A stretch of 64,000 nucleotides of DNA. Source: Octopus sinensis (lineage: Eukaryota). The notes below the pieces were generated by a model. The model saw only the letters and a program-made list of their open reading frames with translations, searched no databases and was not told the DNA's origin. The DNA is taken from assembly GCF_006345805.1 (NCBI RefSeq), contig NC_043008.1, positions 42,098,001-42,162,000 of the forward strand, written 5' to 3'. A program made the position numbers and the translations under genes. Below, one piece after another: positions 55,978-64,000 of the stretch. How positions within the stretch are numbered: the stretch's first letter is position 1; each line of letters starts with the position of its first letter.

Positions 55978-56023
<46 letters not shown>

Positions 56024-56851
56024 TATATATGCATGAGTGTGTGTGTGTACGCACATCATATACGCATAGAAACACAACAGAGACAAATACACGTTCAAAA
56101 TGCGCACACCTATATAAACACACGTGCAAGTGTGCGAGCGAGTGTGCAAACAATTTGAGGAAATGAAAGCGATGAAACATTATGAAAATACACACAAGTT
56201 ATTCTGAAGGCAAAAGGAAATGCATGATGTTCAAATAGAATCCTTTTTACGAGTGAGCTCCTTGGTAGTAAAGTGACTGTCACAATTGCGATATTCTGAT
56301 GGCGGTAAACAGGAAGAATACATACTTTATAATTGATAAAAATAGACGCAAATGCTGGAGACGTTGTCTGTCTCTATTTTTTCACTGATGGAACACTGTA
56401 AAATATTAAAGCAATCGATATAATAACAGATTATATTTTAGATTATCTTTTACATGGTTTTTAGTATGGTGAATTATATTTTTTTATTTTTGAAAATGTT
56501 ACATATGTGTATATAAAATAAAACTTAGAGATATGTAAGATATATAAAGTTGGTTGTGTTTTTCTAAAAATTTGTTCAAGTATGAGCGTATAAATGTGTA
56601 TATGCGTATAAAGATGTAGACGATTCCTTCGTTATCTTCTTTTTTTTTGTTAATTATTCAGACAGAACCATACATATTTGTCTGAAATATATACAGAGTA
56701 GGTAGGTGATCGCGTACACCGTTTTCTATCGCCATGTCTGCCTTCATTTCCATTTTCTATCTTCCATTTCTGACTTCATTTCTGTTTAAAATCAGGAATG
56801 AACACTCCTTCTCACGTCTTCCCTTTCTGTTATACACCACATGTTTATATT

Positions 56852-56901
<50 letters not shown>

Positions 56902-57082
56902 ATATATAATATATATATATAAATTAGAAAAAACACCTTTTATCAATTCAAAATGAACAATTAAATTACACCATCAAGAAAATTACATATAATAAAAATA
57001 TTAAAATTAAAATAACAATAAAATGTCAAAGATTAAGTAAATTGCAAAAAATAATTATAAAAACGTATATAATAGGTTGAAA

Positions 57083-57169
57083 AACGACACGTGTTTCGTT
57101 GCTATATTTAAGAAATGATTATAGTAGTAGAGAAATCACTTCGATATAGATATAGTCACTCATCAGGTT
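57083..57169 (-). ncRNA. Type I hammerhead ribozyme fold, intact core, long stem II, palindromic stem III
   Basis: Minus strand reads AAC CUGAUGA GUGACUAUAU CUAUAUC GAAGUGAUU (13-nt loop) AAUCAUUUC UUAA AUAUAGCAAC GAAA CACGUG U C GUU. All core nucleotides are canonical. ACACGUGU palindrome, 3-bp stem I; predicted cleavage between 57086 and 57085. Confidence 0.78.
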
Positions 57170-58751
57170 AAAAATAAACTAGAACAATAAAATAATTAAT
57201 AAATATACTTTAATACATATATATCAATCTGCGTGTCTGTCATCATAGCACCCAGAAAGAGGTAAAAAAAGCCTTCCAGCCCTTCCTTGTCAAATGTTGT
57301 CAGTAGGGCAATGGATGTCCAAAATAAACTCAGAAAGCAACTAGCCTTCCATAACGACCGGGTCAGACATTATGAGAGACAGTGCTAGTGTTTTAAACTG
57401 CGATATTTATATTATTTACTCCGAAAGACCTTAACCATCATTGAAATCATTTCGAACCCGTGTACAATATCACACAATTTAAAGGAAGGCATGGTTGGAT
57501 TTGCCAACAGATTTATATTTTCCGGCCCCGGAAGGAGAAAGCAAAATAGTCTACACCGGCAAGAGTCGGTCACAGTGCTGAGAGAAACAATACCCAATTA
57601 CTAAAATCATTTATTCTGTCGATTTTCCAATCTTGCAACTCTCCCCTTTACTGTACCAACAACAACAACGACAGCAATAACATCAATAAATGTTATAATA
57701 AGCTGAAGCCACAGATACTCATGCTTACAGCTCTAAAATTCTCCTTCATGAAACAAAGCTTAATATATTTATTCTTATATATTTTACGTATTCAATGATT
57801 CATTCGTATTTCTCTTGACAATCTCTTCATACATCGACCAACATCAAAGGAACCGCTTTCAATTTAGGATTTTACAATACCTATAACGAATGCTTTGTAA
57901 TATATAATTTCATATGGACATTACTCATGTCACCCCTTTTCCCCATCAGGATCACCGTAGCCCACACCTCCACCACCACCACTACCACCACCATCGCCGC
58001 CAATGCTAACATCTTAAGTAACAATCGGTTTCAAGCAGTCATTTCTTCAATTTCTCAATTTTGCCAATTTGGTAAATTCCTCAGCTCAGCTCCAGGAACT
58101 CAAAACCACAACTCGTTTTATTGATTTCGCCGTCGGCATTCTTTGTTAAGTGTTTGATTTTTCTCTTGGCTTTCAGAGCGTATGTACTTGCATGTGCGCG
58201 TGAATACTTGAGACGTTGTGTGTATGTGTGTGTGTGTGTGTAAGCATGCATTATAAATAGGTCTCGGTGTGTGGGTGTGTGAGTGTGCTATTCAATTAAT
58301 ATGTCTATGTGTGTGATATTCTGCCAGTCGTGTTGTAGGTGTATTTATGTGTGCGTGAGACCGTGCGCATAATGGGGCTTCAATTTGCATAGGAAAGTTT
58401 GTTTGTACTTGAGTGTACGCGTGTGTATTATGTGTGGGTGTGGATTAGGTTAGTCTCTCTCTTTATATGTGTGTGTGTGTATGCTTATGTATGTGTTACT
58501 GTGTTGTGTAAGCATAACTGTCTTAGCATAAATACTTCTAGTACGTGCGTACATATGTATGTATGTATACGTGTGTATATATGAATATTATCTGTAAATA
58601 TATGTCGTATGTAGCACAAATATATATATATATGTATGTGTATGCATATATATATATATGTGCGTGTGTGTGTGTGATTATCTCTCTCTATATATATATG
58701 TGTGTGTGTATGTATATATATATGTGTGTACATATATATATATATATCATG

Positions 58752-58788
<37 letters not shown>

Positions 58789-58926
58789 ATGTGTGTGGTG
58801 TCTACATGTGTGTGTATGTAAAATGTATTTATACAAAATACAATACGTACATAGGTATGAATAGATAGATAGACAGACAGGCAGACAGACAACTAGACAG
58901 ACAGACAAACAGACAGATAGATAGAT

Positions 58927-59012
<86 letters not shown>

Positions 59013-59089
59013 TTAGATTACATAAATAGAAAGAGAGATAGATAGAAAAAGAGATAGATAGATAGATAGATCCTTTCACGGTCGCTAAA

Positions 59090-59300
59090 GTAAAAGAACA
59101 AACCGTTGACACGAGAAGAATAGTCAGAACCCCTTTGAGGATTTTCTCATTTCTTAGCGTTCTGAACTATTGAGGAGGGTGGTAAACGTTGCCCGGTTGA
59201 ACACCACCTCTTTGGTTCCTGAGTAGAGGAGTTGCTGTGGCAAGCTGTCAGACCAGGTCTCCGCTTTGTGTATATTCTTGCTCCAACACTTTGCCACCAG
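59090..59300 (-). mobile_element. RTE-type LINE RT C-terminal relic
   Basis: Minus frame KNIHKAETWS..QQLSYSGTKEVVFNRATFTTLLNSSER*...FSCQRFV resembles RI.KA...L...TK..VY.A.VLTTLLYGSETW. Confidence 0.55.
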
Positions 59301-61570
59301 TCTCTGAGGCAACAGAGAGAATCGTTTCCACAATCCTTTCTTCCCATCCTAAATTTCGAAAAACTTTGTAAGGATATCATTAGTGATTTATGATTCGTTT
59401 AGTTTTGTTCATAGAACAGAAACTGGATGCCATTAGATCCACGTGTGTATCAATAGGCATGGACACCCATTGATGGATACCCCTGACGATATATAGTTAT
59501 TTGTTTCAGAGTGTTACCTTTCTAGTTCAAATCCTGCCAATGTCAGCTGTCTTTCATTCCTCCACGTTTGATAAAATACAGTACCAGTCAAATAATGGGG
59601 TCTATTTAAGTGGTTGGCGTTCAGTCAAATTTCTAATTTCGTTCCTAAACTGAAAACAATTATAATCATTAATGGATTCATCAAATACGCTGTCGCTATT
59701 GTTGTTTTTGTTGCTATTATTGATAAAAATTATTATAGATATGACATTTGCACCGATTCTACACGGTATAACCGGGACTAAATTATTCAAACCGCCTTTC
59801 TGGGGACTTTTCAAGATATCTGGTGAGGCTTCAGAAACTTTTAGTTGCTATATCTAGCAAGTCAAGCGATCTCATTCCTTCCGTTGCTGCAAGCGTTACT
59901 GTTTAATCTTTATCAGTAACTGTGGGTTAACCATTCCACTGATCAGTCGAAGATATTAGCATCTCAAGACAAGAGCAATAACAACAAAAACTACTCCTAT
60001 TACCACTACTAGATGGTGGCAGTTGATTCTTTCAAAGGCATTGTTGAATTCTCTGCGGTTTCCAATGACAAACGTATAGCCAGACTTTCACCGGCATTAT
60101 ACCCACTGAAATCTCAATAATAAATGACATTTTTTTCCACCGACCATTTCACAAAAATAGCATACTCTCCGTATTTCACGACACCTATATTCCAATTTCT
60201 TTTACCCCAGTGTGTACGATTGTGGTTGTAAAGGATATAGTAACTATTCAACATGGCTACCAAACGCCTCGTTTTGTTTTTTCAGTTTCAGGATATCTCA
60301 CTCACCTTGTTTCACTTCTCCATCGAAAATGCTCTTTCGGAAACCTATAAATCAATTTTTTGACAGACTTTCCTATCCAATTCGTACGATAATTCTTTAG
60401 GATAGGTTCATAGAAACACCATGTCTTTAAAATCTTGGATTTTATGTCTGTTTGTCTCTATGTAAGGCAGTGAAACTTGCCAAGGCGATGCTAATGCAAG
60501 GCTTCGAGTCAGCGAGTGTAACAGCAGTAAACAAGTGTTAACTGTATTTTATTTTTATAAACCATGGCCGTTGGCAGTGAATAGTATTAGCTATAATTAA
60601 TGTATTATGACAGCCATTTATCCTGTTTTCAACGAATCTAATTCAGGCAAAAAATAAGTAAATGAATAAAAAGGTGGCTACTATACGCCATATCGGAATG
60701 CTATTAAGCTGAATAATTTATCGTTTTGAGAGCTGCTTTGTACTCAGTGGCTATCGTGCTTGGATCAACAGTACTTTCCAAATGATCCCAGACAAAGTCT
60801 GAAGCAATTCTTCAGTTAAAAGTACTCGTTAGCTTCAAGATATTTTGTGAAAAGAAAGTCATTAACAAAAAAACTGTTTTCATTCGGAATGAACGTTGAA
60901 ATTGGGTCATAACAAAGAATATAAGACCGCGTCTCAAATTCTGGTAAACATTCCCATATTGACTTGTTCCAATTCAATGTTGTATTCTTCTCGTTTCTAT
61001 CATTGATTATTTCCTGGTTTACATGTTTTTCAATATCTCACAAAGAGATCGTTTTGTCGCAATTACTGAAACGAATACAATGGTGTTATTCTGGTTTAAC
61101 GCTCGGTCAGTGCTGAACGTACAGAATTATGATCAGAAGCTACTTTGTTCTCTTTTGTACATACAGCACACAACAATATTTTATAGGACCGACTCGTTTT
61201 AGGGTCGCAAGGTGTACTTTAATTGAATTTAGATGCTGCATCGGAACTGGGTAGCAGACATGTTATGTTCTGATTTCATTGTTTCTTCCCAGAAAGCCAC
61301 AGTGCTGCGAGGGCATCTCTTTCATCAAAAATGCCCTATTCCTGACCAGCTAATCCGTTTGTTTAGACACAGTATGTATACACTAGCGGGACCGGTTAAT
61401 ATTTCATGGAATCGATGGTAAACCTATTGGGTTACTTCTGAAAACATTATGCAAAAGACCTGAAACCGTAACCTGTGTTGTGCCTGTATGGAAAGATAGA
61501 CGCTCATCTGCTAATCATTGAAAACTGAAGGAAATTGGAATACAATGATTACTTAATGCACTTTATATAT

Positions 61571-61954
61571 GGGAAGCACTCCGTCGGTTACGACGACGAG
61601 GGTTCCGGTTGATCCGAATCAACGGAACAGCCTGCTCGTGAAATTAACGTGTAAGTGGCTGAGCACTCCACAGACACGTGTACCCTTAACGTAGTTCTCG
61701 GGGATATTCAGCGTGACAAAGAGAGTGACAAGGCCGGCCCCTTGAAATACAGGTACAACAGAAACAGGAAGTAAGAGTGAGAGAAAGTTGTGGTGAAAGA
61801 GTACAGCAGGTATCACCACCATCCCCTGCCGGAGCCTCGTGGAGCTTTAGGTGTTTTCGCACAATAAACACTCACAACGCCCGGTCTGGGAATCGAAACC
61901 GCGATCCTACGACCGCGAGTCCGCTGCCCTAACCACTGGGCCATTGCGCCTCCA
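61571..61954 (-). mobile_element. Well-preserved tRNA-derived SINE family D
   Basis: Minus-strand head tggaggcgcaatggcccagtggttagggcagcggactcgcgg...gtttcgattcccagacc. A related diverged head lies at 51374-51615 (+), followed by a V-domain-like gtgtcccgtccagg. Confidence 0.85.
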
Positions 61955-62163
61955 CACTTTATATATACTTTTGATTAAAATTCCAGATATTATTTTTGAT
62001 TTAGCTTTGTATGGCCATACTTTTGAAAGAGTGATTATCAAGTAAGTATATTTATGATTTTAAATAGCATCTGAAAAACGTTGTTTCCGAGTTGTCCAAA
62101 AACTGCATGAATTTAAAGACGCCGATTGGCTGATTTAATGATTTGTTTTACTTCTATTTTCAG

Positions 62164-62273
62164 GCGTGGGAAGATGACTTTTTGATGTGGGATCCCATAG
62201 ATTTTCATAATATCACAGCATTAAGAATACCCTGCTACAAACTTTGGCTCCCTGATATGGTTTTATACAATAA
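62164..62273 (+). CDS. nAChR 110-nt exon (AWEDDFLMWDPIDFHNITALRIPCYKLWLPDMVLYN), containing loop A
   Basis: TTTTCAG acceptor ending at 62163 and GTGAGT donor at 62274. Length 110 nt, phase 0/2. WxPDxVLYN loop A motif and NIT sequon present. Confidence 0.96.
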
Positions 62274-62437
62274 GTGAGTAAAACATTCAACATATCGAAT
62301 TTTCACATATTATCTACCTCCATATATATATATATATATATATATATTAGCAATAATAATAAAGAGTAATAATGTTTTTTGAATGGCACAACAATGCACT
62401 ATAATAACTGGTGTAATTTAATCATTCATAGTCTGAT

Positions 62438-62474
62438 ATAATGTTTAGGAATATAAAAATCCCTTCTTCAGATG
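62438..62474 (-). ncRNA. Decayed minimal hammerhead (G12 to U) in the left arm of the foldback
   Basis: Minus strand reads CAU CUGAAGA A GGGAU UUUUAU AUUCC UAAA CAU U AUA; it is the inverted counterpart of 62569-62606. Confidence 0.5.
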
Positions 62475-62568
62475 TCCCAAGGGATTGATCGAGTCACTGC
62501 TACAATCGATTTTCGAAAAACGCCGTTGGAAAATCGATTGTAGCAGTGATTCGATTAATCCCTAGGGA

Positions 62569-62606
62569 TATCTGAAGAAGGAATTTTTACATTCCGAAAT
62601 ATTATA
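62569..62606 (+). ncRNA. Minimal type I hammerhead fold inside the right arm of a foldback
   Basis: UAU CUGAAGA A GGAAU UUUUAC AUUCC GAAA UA U U AUA: 5-bp stem II, AUAU palindromic stem III, 3-bp stem I; predicted cleavage after U62603. Confidence 0.62.
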
Positions 62607-62752
62607 ACAGACTATGGATGATTAAATTGCAACAGTTATTATAGTCCGTTATTTTATTATAGTGCATTGTTGACATTCAAAACACATCATTACTATATAT
62701 TATTATTCTTTACAAACAATGCACAATGCTTCAAGCGAACTACAATAATCTC

Positions 62753-62800
<48 letters not shown>

Positions 62801-62809
62801 ATATATATA

Positions 62810-62845
<36 letters not shown>

Positions 62846-63074
62846 TGTAGTATGTATGTATGTATGTATGTATGTATGTATGTAGGTAGGTATGTATGTA
62901 TGTATGTATAGTGAAATAAATTATAATAAAAGAAGGAAAATGCACACAATCAATGTATATTTTATATGTTTTATGAGACAGAAAATCATCATAGTCCACC
63001 GGTTTCGCCTTTTGTTAATCATGACTGGGAAACTATATTTATTCAAAATTCACACCTTATATATACACACGCAC

Positions 63075-63144
<70 letters not shown>

Positions 63145-64000
63145 ATATACATATATACATACATACATATACATGGCGATTGGAAAGTTAATAACTCTTT
63201 ATTATTAACAGCAAATTAATGAAGATGATTATTAACAACAAATTAGTGAAGTTGCTTAATTCGCTATTAATAATAAACATTTAGTAACTTCCCAATCTCC
63301 ATTTCCTTTTCTTCTTTTATATGAATATAAACTATATGTTTCTATATATATGTACCAATTATTTTAGGGAAAATAATCCCCAAAAAAACTCTTGGTATTG
63401 AACCGGTATTTCCTTGGTAGAAACCATCCCTTCACGAGTTTAACCTCTAATAGAATATATATGTATATATATATGGACATATTATGAAAGACATTTCAAA
63501 TTGTTAGAAAAGTTCCGCTAAAATTGCCTTCATTGCATTTTAAACATTTAAATGGAGTTCCTTTACTCCAAACGCATTAGGACGGTATAACAACTACCAT
63601 GAAGTCACTTGGAATGGATCCAGTGTGGTGGTGGTGGTGGTGGGGGGGGCGACCGTGGTGTGTTTTTTTTATGTTGTTGGCGTTGGCTATATTAGTGCTG
63701 GGGATGATGGTGGTGACGGTGGTAGAGTATTTGTTACGTTTTTCCTAACAGAATGAAAGCATAGCAACATCAATTCGTGTTTATGCGATGCACTTTTATT
63801 ACATCGGATGATGTGTGTAAGGAAGTCTCTTCAGGTTCATGAATACATTTCTAGTCCTTCCTGAATGCGTCACCGTCGTAAACAGACAGGTGGGACGTGT
63901 AGAACGTGGGCTGGAATCATGTTACCAAAGATTGTCGTCAATGTTGTATCATCACCAATTTATGGGAAGAATGAAACGGTAAACTGTTCTTGCGAGTTCT

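Larger units (their letters stand above)
62365..62694. repeat. Long imperfect inverted repeat (about 150-bp arms, 14-nt loop), probably inverted Penelope-type terminal repeats
   Basis: 62365-62514 is the reverse complement of 62529-62694, with mostly transition mismatches and one 18-nt insertion. Each arm carries a hammerhead motif. Confidence 0.9.

Overview
AT-rich, microsatellite-dense eukaryotic genomic DNA. The repeat families and composition suggest an octopus or other coleoid cephalopod (inference). The only supportable host gene is the 5' part of a + strand Cys-loop / nicotinic acetylcholine receptor subunit gene. Three coding exons (14560-14801, 30266-30310, 62164-62273) splice in frame and include the diagnostic 45-nt and 110-nt exons, separated by 15,464-nt and 31,853-nt introns. 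Exon 1 and the downstream exons were not found in the window. The introns hold tRNA-derived SINEs, Tc1 and mariner relics, RTE-type LINE relics, foldback elements, and several decayed coding-like tracts I cannot identify. The most interesting unannotated signal is a set of type I hammerhead ribozyme folds of the Penelope-like-element kind. Three have intact catalytic cores (39223-39306 +, 57083-57169 -, 62569-62606 +). One is intact except for an A15.1/C16.1 pair (23759-23821 +), which A-to-I editing could in principle activate. Several more are decayed or core-variant copies. One lies in a 330-nt foldback that begins 91 nt after an exon donor. All folds were derived by eye; activity and novelty need experimental and database checks. 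Repeat boundaries are approximate.
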